Of a stretch of 64,000 nt of DNA, positions 39,401 to 53,033 are shown one piece after another (position 1 is the first letter of the stretch; each line of letters starts with the position of its first letter). Below the pieces are notes generated by a model. It had not been told where the DNA came from and made no database searches. It saw nothing but the letters and a program-made list of their open reading frames with translations. Position numbers and translations under genes: made by a program. The DNA is from Azolla caroliniana (taxonomy: Eukaryota; Plantae; Polypodiophyta), in the NCBI GenBank assembly GCA_043228905.1, contig JBHGNT010000001.1:23994001-24058000 (forward strand), in the 5' to 3' direction.

Positions 39401-40352
39401 CTGTAGCCAGTTAAACATATTGAGATTTACATCATTATGAGGGTTTTTGCTGATACAACTGACATAAAGCGGTTGATGCTCCTAATACTGGCAGCGTACT
39501 AAAATGATTCACCTTAATTAATTTCATTCACAAAATTCAATTGAATTGGCAAGATCAGTTGTCAAAATTTTGGCTATAAATTATAAGTCCTTGTCAATTT
39601 CAAGTCACTGTAAATTCCAATGCCAAAAACGCCGTTTTGAGCTTAAGACACTAATCCTATCGTGCTTTTTCATGCTAAGATTTATGTTGCAATACTCAGC
39701 TTCTTTATTGAGGTGATGAGAAAAAGAAGCTTTTGTTAATCTCCCAAGCACCTAGATATAAGACTGATTCAAATATGCAGAACAGCAGAAGGGAACATGG
39801 TTATATATGTATGGCAGAAAAATCATCCAACTCGATCTGAAATGGATCTATTCCCCATAGGGGGGAAGCTCATTCATTGCAAACAATTTCATCCCTATAT
39901 ATTTAACTTTTACAATAAATTCTGCACAGAGTAACTCGTTAACAAATTTTCTTTTTAGTTGCATAGCTGGGGTAGAGTGTGGCGAGTCTATTGAGTAAGA
40001 CTAGGTCATATCTATGCATCTTAAATTTTTGTATAAATTTTGCAAAAAGTAAACAATGACCAAAGCTCCACCTCTATGATTGAAGGCATATCACCAAAAC
40101 CTCTTAAGTGTGGCAATGTTAAGTTAATCTAAGTTTGAGAAGCAAAACAACAAAACTCAATGTGAAGTATTAATGCTCACTTCTAATGCTTTTATCTGAA
40201 TATTACTATAATACTTTATGATAACATCAAACACACAATATTAACAGAAAAGGATGAAGAAAGGTATATACCACATTGCGACGTTCAGGGATAAAATCGG
40301 CAAAATGCCCACTCTCCAAATCACCCCGTGGTCCCCGAAATACAAAACTCAT
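36414..40352 (-). CDS. SDIR1: RING-H2 E3 ubiquitin ligase SDIR1-like; at least 7 coding exons, probable 5' UTR exon near 43290-43420
   Basis: [94 protein letters not shown]. Confidence 0.95.
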
Positions 40353-40749
40353 AGAGCTCTAAAATATAGCCCAACTGTACAGCTTCAGTATAAGATCTCC
40401 TTTCCTAAAGTATGTTACCTGTATACATTCTATAGCTCCAAATGAGAATTTAACATATTGAAAACTGCATATATTTATCTTATTAACAATTATTAACCAG
40501 AACGGGGAAAATCTAGCCTAAAAATGGAATATGTTGAAATGCAAACACCTTTAAACAGGCCAAAATTATCTATAACACCAAACAAGAGATTATATATCAT
40601 AAGTGTTATCCCGTCTTTGAGAACAAAGAAACAAAAATAAATATTAGTAACAAAATAAGTAAATAAATAAGAAGTGAACAGAATCTTGTTATCAGTGCAT
40701 TAAGATTTTCAAGTCAAATAGATTGTAACTTCTGCCTTCTAAAGATATC

Positions 40750-42230
40750 TAACATAGGTCAATCCAAAATGGGGAGGTCTCCAAAGCAAGGGAAGCACCT
40801 GCAATGGTGGAAGATAATGACATTTACTTATTGATGACAATGGTGGTGAGATCATGGTCCATGAGGCTAGGGCCTACGTGCATGGAAAATTGTTATTGCC
40901 CAATCTACTGTAACCCATTTGCTATGTCCTAGTCGGGAGACCATTTGTGTAGCCTTTGATTGACATGTAACATGCATTGGTGTGATGGGACTAAAGAAAG
41001 TTGTGATTTTTCTTTGTTAATGAGCTTGTGTGGTTGTATTCTTGTCCTTCAAGAACTTTTCCCTGTGTTTCTTGAGTTCTAGCACGAAAAGCCCCACTAC
41101 TAGTCCTCATATTACATTACATTGCATCCTAGGCCTAAGCTTTGCTTAAAGAGGTAATAGTATCTCTCTCTATTTCATTAAAAAACACTGTTGTACCAAA
41201 CATATTGCAAATTCTTGCTTCTAGAGGTATTCATGCATATCTGCCTCCTCAATCTCTAACTGATGTGAAGAAATTTGCAGCTGCCTTATCACACTGCGCA
41301 GCGCATCGGATACATGTATGTCCATATATGAGGGTCGGACGATGAATCGATCCTTCGATGTGTGTGAAAAGTGTCTTATAGTGGGCCGTCTTCCTACCAA
41401 GTAATGTATTGGGGCTGATCCATGTTATCTTGTTTTCCAAGCTAATAGTATTAGTTTGAATCACTCTATTCTTTTCCACTTTGATAATGTTTAGATGGGG
41501 ACAATCTAGGCTATATTGGAATGAGGATCGTGCATTATGCGTATGCCATGTGACTCGAACCATTGTTGCATTTCAACATATGAACAATGAATATCTCCAT
41601 ATTCAACAAGTTGTTTTAATCACATAAGTGCAAACCTTGAGTTACCTTCGTTTAGGGAACTCCCCAAGCCATTGGAAACAGGTCATTGATAGGAATAATG
41701 CCTCGGTGATAATGGATGTTGCTCCCATCTCTACCCGGATTACATCATGGGGCACCAATGCTTTGCCACTTATCATGCGGAGAATTATTGAAACTAAAGG
41801 TCTCTCTAAAGCTTTCCAATTATTTTCCTTGTTAAGACTCGGTTCCCACATTTCTAATCCATCGAGAAGAGTTGGTGTGACAAGTGTATCAAATAGGCAC
41901 AATTAGTTCATGGCTCTTGGAGCTGCAAATGTGCACATTGTCTCTCAAGAGCACCAAGGGTTGCACATCCACGAGAAAGTCGACCACAAGAACACTTCCA
42001 TAAGAAGAACCTATGTATGTTTAGGAGTGTGTGTATGCCACCTTTCCTCTTCCAAGAAGAATTCTGGTTCTGATCTTGTTACCCATGCTTGACTGGTGTT
42101 AAACACCATCAGTTTAGTTTTATCCATGTTTATCGACAAACCTTTACCCGTACAAGCGTTTAGATGTCTTTGTCCCAAAGAGTCGGAGATCAGCACAATA
42201 TCATCAGCATATAGTAATATTTGTATGGTT
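40750..42230 (-). mobile_element. 5'-truncated degenerate LINE (RTE/RTEX-like) in the SDIR1 5' UTR intron
   Basis: IQILLYADDIVLIS, GLSINMDKTKLMVF, LFDTLVTPTLL; 3' boundary approximate. Confidence 0.8.
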
Positions 42231-42862
42231 AATACCTAGATAATGACATCTATGTACATTTTCACTCATTAGTTTTCCCATTGGAACTCAACCAAATAGA
42301 AACAAAATCCTTTCACATTTTGTTTTACGATGTCATGCATGTCTTGTTCTTTAGCCAAACATATGCAACAATGTAGGATACTTACACAAGCCGGATCAAA
42401 ATATATTCTTCTGTAATCATAATTTATAATCAACATATGTACGATACTTCCATGCAAACAAAATTCATTTATGTTATTATAGCTTCTATCAAGTACAAAG
42501 CCAACCTTCTCCATCACACTTAAAGAGGTCTCTCTTGTTCATTACTGAATCAAGTATCAAACATGTAAATATGTAGGATAAATCCACAAGATCGACAATT
42601 TTGAGAATTTATCATTGAAGAATAAAGACACACTTTGCTTTAGAGCATAATTTTATCCTCGTTTTTACATGGATCATGTATGAGCAACATAGCTAGTTAA
42701 TTCATGAATCATGTATAAATCACACATGTAAAGATGCAAGCTACTTTGAAGGAATTGTGCACCAAATAGAATCATCAAAACTTAGGATGATCCATCTAAA
42801 GGCATTCACATTATGTAAAATTTCTAAATGTAGAAAGATTTATCAACCCGGTAAACATGTAT
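42231..42862. repeat. Local duplication of about 630 bp, copy 1
   Basis: AATACCTAGATAATGACATC...CCCGGTAAACATGTAT, colinear with 46331-46966 with scattered substitutions. Confidence 0.95.
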
Positions 42863-45800
42863 AGACTACTCAATAAAAAATGAAGCTTCAGATGTAAAGC
42901 AGAATATTACCTGTAGGGTATTCAATAACAGTGTGTATTTTATGCACAAACTGTGACAACAGGAGAATTTTTTGAATGCATGAATGCTATAATTTTATAC
43001 CATAATATTCAATAAAGGCATGATTTCGGCAAAAAAAAGAAGCTGTTCCTGATTAATGAATTTTACCTTTTTATGCGAATGAAAACATTTTTTCTGATTC
43101 TCTAAATGGATTTCTGAGGACGAAAAGATTGAAATCTTCCAATTTCAAGTTTCAAAACAGATGGGGAAAAAATGCTAGTAAAAAGAGAGAGAAACAAACA
43201 GAATTAGGGCTAACAGAAGCGGAAAAGGCGGGAGGGTGGGACCTGATTTATTTTTATTTTTCGAAATGGATGAGAATTTTCCAGACCTAGGGGGGCCCAA
43301 ATTCGTGGTTTTCTTCGCCACACAGAGTGAACTGCAGCAGAGCTCACAGAAGAAGAAGAAGAAGAAGAGGAAGAGGAGGAGGAGGAGGAGGAGAAGGAGG
43401 AGAAAGCAGGAGAGAAGTCATTATTATGTGCAATTTATATTTTGAAGAATTTACAAAAGTGTCCCCCTCCCCCAATTCCCCCCTTGTTAAGTAAAGTAAT
43501 TATAATTTATAAGTATGTATATGTGTATCTTTTAATTCCCAAGGTTAGGTAGGTTGAAAGAGCGCAAGGCATAATCGATTGCTCGAGTATTCTTCTTCAC
43601 CATATCCGTGCAGCTCTCATATTGTGGCTTCTTCTGAAAGGAGGTGGGTTTGTTGACTACTGAGCAAGGACTTGTGTGGTAGTAAGCTATTTGCGACCAC
43701 CATTACTTGCTCGTGTAATGGTTGGCTCCTCTATGGTGTTCATCAAGGGTAGCACTTCAGAGTTTTACCCCTAGCCATAATACTAATATTATGGTCACTA
43801 CATTGCCATTAGGCCCCGGTTAACATGAGTTAAGCTAGGGTCGGGCCCATTAGCTTACAACCTTTTAACCTTCAGCCATTCGTTGTTTGATCGAATAATT
43901 ATGCTTCTCATAGGTTGTAGCTTAGGCTACGTCCATGATGTGGCAATTCTTCCAATCCACTAAACCTTTTCGTTGGGATGTGTACCTACATGAGAATTAA
44001 CTGCAACTTCCTTCACTCTCATGGAATACCATGAATTTGTTAACGAAATATTCTCCACCACTATTAGACTAACGACAGCAAATGTTAAATAGATTACGGC
44101 TAAGGTATGTCCATTAACTTATTTTGTCGTCTAGATATGTATGTTTATGTCTATACTCGTAGTAGTACAATCTAGATGCGGGCTCTAAGAAACATCAGAA
44201 CGTTCATTGGATTATGAGTATTTTGCATGCGCACACACACACACATAATCTAACCACGCTCCTTGATGCCCTCACCTCCCAACTCTCTATTGTAGTCCAT
44301 ACCTCTACCATGAGTAGTTCTCCTTACCAAACACCATCTAAATGCCACCTTCCTAGGAATATGGTGAATATGCCCCAACTTGTTGGTATGATGAGGATTA
44401 TATTTTAAGCAATATCAACAACTTTTTACAATTGTAAGCATCACAGATATTATGAAAAAGCTAGCCCCAATCAAGGATCCCCAACCGTGGCATTTTTATG
44501 CAAAATGATTGTATAATGTCCCTCCCTAGTCCCCTTTGACACAACCATAAAAAGACTCGCCCTAATTCATCCACCTTCTCCACTTCATACAAGGTTGAGA
44601 AGGGTATTCAACACCTTCAACTAGGACGTTTGTCTAATCACATAAGACTACTAGGCAAACATCCAGGTGTGTGCCCTTCTCCCGTCACACATGTGCAATA
44701 GGGGCTTAATAGAGTGCCTTCTTGGCACATGAACCATGTGCATGATTTTGCCCATTCTAATCAAGTAACTATCATATTGTCGTGATTAGACACACACTTG
44801 CCAAACTTTATGGAGCGGGTCTTGAAGCAAAACTCAACATTAATGTAATGGTTGAAGAGATATGAGCCTCAAGCCAAGCGGAATTGATGCATACGTACAC
44901 CATGTGTATGTATGTATGTATGTATATTTATATTTATACGCATAGTTTTGATAAGCTACTTTATCGATATATTTTACATTTTGTGGCAATTTATAAAAAT
45001 ATGCCCCTATTTTATTAAACAAGAGTTTCACAAGTGAGCTTTAATTATTTTGGGTCTTATCCATAAATCATGCATATGTGAGTCTTAATCTTATAATTGA
45101 GTGTAGATCAATTTAATGTTAGAAAATGCAAAGCAATTAAATGTTAGGCATTGAATTGCTTTTCATCGCATACTCAAAGCAAACCTTAGGTGTTGAATTG
45201 GTCAACCTTTTATCGCCAAAAGGCAACCAAAATTATATGTAGAAATCCCATTTGTTGGGTTTGTATTTATAAAAGATAAGAAGTACAATCCCTAATTCAC
45301 TCACCACTGTCCCTTCATTTATGAATTCGATGGGACTTCGTTTAGTGTGTTATATGTAGGCTCAAATATCTAGTTGTAGGAGGAATGTTGCTTAAGCAAA
45401 GTATGATTTGTAATAGTTATTCTTAATTTTTGCTACACTCGACCAAAGAAAACAACCAAAACAAATAAAATTCCCGAAGAATCAAATGTGGCATTTCCTT
45501 TGACATTTAATGGACATGTATATAATCCTTGAAAGTTACACGTTTACACGGTTCCCTCCAACATTAACATGATATATAGCCCATATGTACCATAATAGTA
45601 GAAGGCACGATATGCATCATGCATAATGCCAATGCCTAGACAATTACGTGACACATGGCTTATTTTGTGCATTAATTTTGTACAAATATTCATAAAGATT
45701 AGCATCATTGGTCAAGAAAGAAACTTAATTCATGAATGGGTTATCAATAACGACAATAGGTCCAGATGTATGTGGTATTTGGAGTTGTGGAGTGAAGCTG

Positions 45801-46330
45801 AAGAAAAGAGCTAGGTTTTCTGGGCAAGATCAAGCAAAGCCCATTCCAACTGTACCATAAATTGTGATGTTAACTCACCTTTTTGTTTTCTTATGTTAAA
45901 ATACTTCTTTCGTTTAGAATTATAATGAGGATAAAACAAAACGTGCAACATGTGTTTTACGAAAAGTGCACCTATGTTGAGAGAATAGGCATTCAAATGT
46001 CAATAAAGGCCACTCAATTTTTATATCTATGTCGATGAAAAAGAGAAGTCGATACGAGTGAGTGCCGCATTAATACCCCATCAATGCATATGTGTTACTA
46101 TTGTATGACTACTTATACGCGCATTTAACTAACCACTTTCATGTTTCACTTTAGAAACAATGAAGTGGAATCAATTCATGCACACTAGAATAATGAGAAA
46201 AACATGACTTGAAGTTCTAGCACCTAACATTCATCCAACTTATATAACTTGATAAACTTCTCGAAAGGAGTCAAATGGGAACAACCATTATTCTTATTGA
46301 TTTGAAATACTTTTTATATTTTACATTTGC

Positions 46331-46966
46331 AATACCTAGATAATGACATCTATGTACATTTTCACTTATTAGTTTTCCCATTGGACCTCAACCACATAGA
46401 AACAAAATCATTTTACATTTTGTTTTACGATGTCATGCATGTCTTGTTCTGTAGCCAAATATATGCAACAATGTCGGATACTTACACAAGCCGGATCAAA
46501 ATACATTCTTCTGTGTAATTATTTTTATAATAAACATACCTACGATACTTCCATGCGAACAAATAAATTCATTTATGTTATTATAGCTTCTATCAAGTAC
46601 AAAACCAACCTTCTCCATCGTGCTTAAAGAGGCCTCTCTTGTTCATTATCGAATCAAGTATCAAACACGTAAATATGTAAGATAAATCCACAAGATTGAC
46701 GATTTTGAGAATTTATCATTGAAGTATAAGGTCACACACTGTTCTAGAGCATAATTTTATCCTTGTTTTTTCATGGATCATGTATGCGCAACATAGCTAG
46801 TTAATTCATGAATCATGTACATATCCCACATGGAAAGATGCAAGCTACTTTGAAGGAATTGTGCACCAAATAGAATGATCACAACTTAGGATGATCCATC
46901 TAAAGGCATTCACATTAAGTAAAATATCTAAATGTAGAAAGATTGTGCAACCCGGTAAACATGTAT
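46331..46966. repeat. Local duplication of about 630 bp, copy 2 (downstream of the TBCA stop)
   Basis: Direct repeat of 42231-42862. Confidence 0.95.
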
Positions 46967-47246
46967 GCAAACGATGACACCAATAGAAATTGGAAAAGAT
47001 TTATTCATAACATGTTTGGAGTGGTATCAAATGTTGTAAAGGGACACTACTTAAGAAGAAGAACATGATCCATTGATGCCTATGATTAAAGTTGTTCCTG
47101 TTTTGAAGGGGATTTTAGTCTAATATGTATTGATGCACAAAAGATTATGTATATGTGTGTGGTGATGCAACCTGAGCTTAATCTGGAGCTCAATTGTGTT
47201 TGACAATCTTCTTTCCTTCTTCAAAATTCCCTTGGGAGAATTCCAC

Positions 47247-48495
47247 CTAATTAATCTCCAGCTCAATTTCTTTAACAATCTTTTTCCCTTCTTCAATCTC
47301 TTCATTCCCTTGGGAGAATTCCACCGCAGCTTCCTCCTATGAGCAGAAATTCACAGGAAGGAAACTTAGGATTCAGATAAAACCTGCAATCCTGTCTCTA
47401 TGTCTCTGGAGTCTCAAATTAGGGTTCATATGACCCCTAATCAGCTTTATGGCCACAGAAAATGATCATCAATTGGTGAAATGTGCAATCAAATCGCCAA
47501 AGAGTTATGGATAAGATCAACGTTAGAGCTATGGATGATCATAAGAATATTATCATGAAAAGGCTAAAAGCGCCAAAGAAGATCGACACACAGATTCGAC
47601 TATAAGGAGAAGACGATCGCAATATATTATGTAAAAGAACCAAATATGATACTGCGATATGAATGATTGTAAATATATGATCACATGACCTTAAAAGTGG
47701 CTACCTAATTTCGAAGCAATGATATGGATGATCATAATAAGATGACCATCGACATGTTAAACACCCAAAATAAGATCAATGCAAATATGTATATGGAAAG
47801 AAAGATCATGGAAATGGATGGCACATATCTAGATTTCTTTTACTTACAAGAAGATTTTGAATATCAGCCAATGCCGCTTCTAAGCGTTTCTTGCAGTCCG
47901 GTATCATCATCTGAGATTCAGCTAAAACATTTTCCTGCAGAAAAAACACAGACATTACAGAAAGATATAAAGTATTCTGGCTCAGATTCAAGAGGAGAGA
48001 CTCAGATTGGAAGAAGAAAATGTTGGAATGAAGGAAGGGAATACACATGAAAGCAGAAGACATAATTGTGAAAGAAGAAGAAAATTGGTCAGAAAATCAA
48101 GATGGATATGAACGCTAGTATCATGGAAACTGAGGTTTTTTCACGAAAATCTGCCTATTTTGGCATTGTATAGACAATGCAACTTGTTAGTAAGATACAA
48201 TGAATTTCGGGCGGAAATCTAGAAGATAATCCACCTGACATGGAAGCTGAAGTGTAATCTTCCCGATAACACATAGGTCAGGTTTGCATAATTTCCAGTA
48301 AAAAGAAAAACATGGATTTCGAAGGAAATGCATGGTAAATTTTGCTTTAAACACAGAGAAAAAGTTAAGCAGGTTACATTGTACAGAGAAGAATCTGATG
48401 AAAAGAGCCGTGGATTTTGGCAGGAAAATAACTTCTAGAAAGTCAGACTGGGATCTATATATGTGTATATATATATATTCATGGAGATTTAAACA

Positions 48496-48556
<61 letters not shown>

Positions 48557-48725
48557 CCTGTTGTTTGAGGTTGTGGGGATCTTCTCCATCATCCTTCATG
48601 CGATTAGTCTTGGCACTCTCACGCTCGACTTCTTTGTGATAAGCTCGTAGCTCTTTGAGAAGACGCTTGCAAGAGCTTGTCTTGATCTTCAGGCTCTTCG
48701 TGATCCCTGCAGGGTTAGCAGACAT
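47247..48725 (-). CDS. TBCA: Tubulin-folding cofactor A; exons about 48725-48558, 47934-47848, 47336-47247
   Basis: LKIKTSSCKRLLKEL..Y.KEVERE..K..MKD.G.DP..LKQQ|ENVLAESQMMIPDC.KRLEAALAD; GT-AG introns; (GA)n in intron 1. Confidence 0.93.
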
Positions 48726-49889
48726 GGCGGGCGACCTCTACCTCTCACCGCCCCACCGGTTCTTCTTCAAGCAGCTTCCATTCTTCTTTCAATGGAGCTT
48801 CTTTTGATGTCTGGTGGAAGAACCCTAAACCCCTTTCTTCTTCTTTCCTTCCTTCGGTCTGCCAGTCTGTTGTCTCTGTCTGGTCTTGAAGAAGAAGAAG
48901 AAGAAGAAGAAGAAGAAGAGGGAGGTTTGAGAAAGCAAAAGAAGTAACGGAAAACAGAAAACTGAATGTGTGGAAATGGGGGGCGGCGGTCGTTTTTTCA
49001 GTTATGTTTGTGTGGGGACCACCGGGAAACCAAAGAAAAATGATGAGATCCGAATTTTACCCAAAAAACGTGTGTATGCGTGCGTGCGTGCGTGCGTGCG
49101 TGTGTTGCTTCCCTCCCCAATGCCCAAAAGTCTTGTCCTGTCATGTCTTGTCGGAAGATCAAATGTCCACCTTCTTGTCGGAAGATCAAATGTCCACCTT
49201 CTTGTGTGAGTTCATATGAAATGAATGGGCTTCAAACAAAGACTAGGCATGGGGTTCAGACCCTTCTCGTTCTTCGCCCCGACTCATATGTTGTATGTAA
49301 GTGTGCTCAAGACCAACAGTTGATATGTGTCTTGTGTTATGCACGGGGTTTGAACTTTGATAAGCATCCTAATGGAACATTTGGTGCAATAGTAGTTCCT
49401 GGAGATTTTCGTACCACATTTTGTATGCCTAAAGAAACAAGGTGAATATATTAAGATAATCCAACATACAAGTCATAAACCAAAGAGAACGATAGAGAGA
49501 GGGAGGGAGGGAGGGAGAGAGATTAAACTGAGAGCATATCTCTCCTTTCTCGGCCAACATAATAACCGAGAAGACACAAGTAACTCTTTTTGCAAAGAAT
49601 TACAATGCTCTCTAGTAGATTATGGTTTCCATACATATGACAAGAGTGCTTCTTGTTGTCATAAAACACATAAACATCATAGCATCACCCAAACTTGAAA
49701 CCTAGGACCTTGTAATGCATAATCGAAAACCCAACTATTAAGATACCCTATTGTCATATGAGATGATAAAAACTACTTTTTGTAATATATTGGTTATTGT
49801 AAAAACTCTGGAATATTCTAGGTTCTAGAATATCCTAGAACATCTTAGAATATTCTAACTCTAGAGCATTCTAAAACATTATAGAAATT

Positions 49890-52882
49890 TGTTGAGAATC
49901 AAACTCAACTTCCTTAGTCTTGAGTGAGCAAGCTCAACTTGGGCCAGATCGGCTGAAGAAGCCGAGAGCCGGATCGGATGGAGATCGATAGGCTAGGCCC
50001 GAATCGGATGGATAAGCCGAAAGACGAATCAGTTGGTAAACATAATTGGCTAGAATCGTTAGGGGCCTATATTCCTATTTTAGTAAATAGGAAAATATAG
50101 GAAGAGTTAATGTCAGGCCCAGTTAATGAGCATTCAAGTACTTGTCAGTACTTGTGTGAGCCCACTCATTAGGGCTTGTCCTTGTCTTTCGCATACTCTT
50201 CCACACACATATTCTTTTACATGGTATCATAGCGCGAGCGTTAGAAGAATCCTCTGTTGTTGACAAAGCGAACAAGACAGAGACAAGCTGTCGTTTTTTT
50301 CGGAAAAGAAAAGACAAGAACATGAACAGAGGTATGGGAAGCTGGCTTCTGACAAAAAAACTCGACAGGAGCAACTACGCATCTTGGGCATACAAGATGC
50401 ACCAGTATCTACTCAGTCATGGATACTGGAGTTATGTGGAAGGAGCAAATGAGGCAGCACCAGATGCGACACATAGGGACTTTCCGGCCTGGGAACAGGT
50501 GGTAATCAGAGGAATGTACTGCTTCGCATCTAGTGTCGGAGACCAGCTACTAAGCTACATCCGGGATGCCAAGACATCAAAAGATGTGTGGGTGAACCTC
50601 AAACGAGTTTTTGCCGCTAGCACAACAGCCAAGAAGCTGCAACTCAGGCAAGAACTCAACAATGTCCGACATAAACATCTGTCCGTGGCCGATTACACAA
50701 CCCAGATCAATGAGATCTACGACTCCCTTGTCTTCATCAACGTAACCGCCGAGGAGGAAGAAATGGTGTAGGTTTGCCTTAGTGGGTTGGCATCTAGATT
50801 CGAACCATTCTGAACGGCGGTCTGCACGAGGGAGAATACGCCTTCGTTTTTCGAGCTATAATCGATGTTGCTCCTTAAAGAGAACCACACGGCTACATCG
50901 ACGAGCACGCACGCTGAAAACAAGATGTTGTACACAAAGGCAGATACGCCTCGTGGTTGTGGCGAATGAGGCGGATCGGCACGCAATGGAGACGACCAAT
51001 AGGAGCCTAACCAAAGGCATAATATAAATGTTGATAGCAGTTCCACACCCTCCACGAGTAGGGGGAGTCAAGGCAATGCCGGATGCAGGCAGGGGAAGGC
51101 CGCAACATATTGTTGGTATTGTGGCTAGAAGGGCCACAGAGAGAGTGAGTGCTGGAAGAAGCGCGCCGATTCGGATTGAGCCGGATCGATCCGAGAAGAA
51201 AAGCGAAGACTTCTCATAAATGTTCATCGATTACTACACTTGGCACACTTGGGCATGCTTGATCGAGAAGAAAAGCGAAGTCATCTCCTATTCCTTGAAG
51301 GTGAAGAGCCTTGCCGAATGGGAGACAAGCTGGAAGATCAAGTGCCTAAGGTCCGATGGCAGGAAAGTGTGCTTTTTCGACCAATTCTCTAGCTATTTGT
51401 AGAAGGAGGGAATTCGATGATAATTCTCTTGTAGATACACACTGGAGTAGAACGGTGTGGCCGAGTGGAAGAATGGAACGATAGAGGAAGCGACACGGGC
51501 AATGCTTGAGGAGAAGCATATGTCGAAGTTCAATTGGGTCGAAGCGGTCAAGAAAGTCGTTTACTTGTAGAATCAGACATCTGCAAATTGAGGGAAAGTG
51601 TCACCAATTGAGTTATACTTCGGGAAGAAGCCGAACTTGGCACACTTGAGGGTGTTTGGTAACATAGCATATGTGAATGTGCCGAAGGTGAAGCGGAGGA
51701 AGCTAGAAGCCAAAGCTGAGAAGTGTATCTTAATCAACTACTCGGACAAGCAAAAGGGCTATAAGTGTTATAACCCTTGAACGAAACATGTCTGAGTCAG
51801 TCGAGATGTCATATTCGACGAGTCGGCTTCGTGGTACTTGCCTCCACCTCCAACCTCCTTCAACTCCATTCTGAATTCTGAGGATGAGGCTAGTAAGGCT
51901 GAGATACCCCTAGATGAAGAGGAAATTAGAACTCTAGAAGAGAGTCTGATCTCATTTTGGCTAACTGGGCCGAATGCGAAACTCAGTCGGAATGACTAGT
52001 CGGATAATGAGTCGAGAGTAGTGGAGACTCGGTCATGCAGTTCCCGCACAAGAAACCGAGGAGACAGTATATAAAGTGCTCTCTGAGCACATTCATTGTA
52101 ATTTCATACTGAGTTTTTGTAATCGAAGTTATTTGTTGTTTGCTCCACGCAATCTCTCTCTCTCTCTCCCTCTCCCACTATGTGTTTACCTAATTATCAT
52201 ATTTCTGAATAACCGACTGTAAATCCGAAGTGGCCCCGAATGAAGATGAACCTCCAAAGTTGAGGTCTAAGTCAGCCAAGAGGGCCTTTAAATCGGTGAA
52301 CCAGAAGTTGCGCCGATCCACCTGCCAGAAGAACATGGCGATTCGATATGGGTGCAACGATTATATGGCGCATCATTATGCGTATATGTCAAACGTGGCG
52401 GAAGTGCGTGAGCCGGAGAGCTATGCAGAAGCGGCGAAGGACACGAATGGGTGCACCACCAGGGAAGAAGAGATGCGAGCATTAGCGGAAAACGAGACTT
52501 ACGACCTGGTTGACGCACCCAAGAGTGTGAAGCTGATCGAATGTAGGTGGGTGTACAAGGTCAAGTACAACATCGATGGCACTGTCAACTGGTACAAGGC
52601 CAGATTGGTGGCAAAGGGCAATACGCATAAACACGACATCGATTATGATGAGACGTTAGCACCAGTCGGGAAGATGATGACCATCCGTGGTTTGCTATCT
52701 GTCGCTGCAACAAATGGGTGACATCTACATCATACGGATGTAAAGAATGTGTTCTTGCAAGGCGAGCTTGAGGAACAAGTGTACATGGTATAACTCCTTG
52801 GATTTCTATCCGAGTTGAACACATCGGCAATTTGCCGATTGAAGAAGTCCCTCTACGGACTTAAGCAAGCCCTGAGTGCCTG
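49890..52882 (+). mobile_element. Degenerate 3'-truncated copia (related to 21014-25743)
   Basis: LTR 49890-50221, PBS TGGTATCATAGC, gag, partial IN and RT up to LYGLKQA; protease region deleted. Confidence 0.88.
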
Positions 52883-53033
52883 GTGAAGAGCTTCATTCTC
52901 TTGGAGTCGTGAGAAAGATTGATTGTCTACTTGAAAAAATACCGTAGAAAGACAGAAACACAACAAATACATGGAATACACAGTTTTATGTGGAAACCCT
53001 AAATGGGGAAAACCACGGGAGAACAGGTCTTCA

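Noticed and set aside
43560-44860. Possible decayed repeats between SDIR1 and TBCA
   Set aside because: No recognisable termini, TSD or protein motif
49790-49889. TTCTAGAA-rich repeats
   Set aside because: They resemble common LTR U3 or HSE-like repeats, but no element boundaries could be defined
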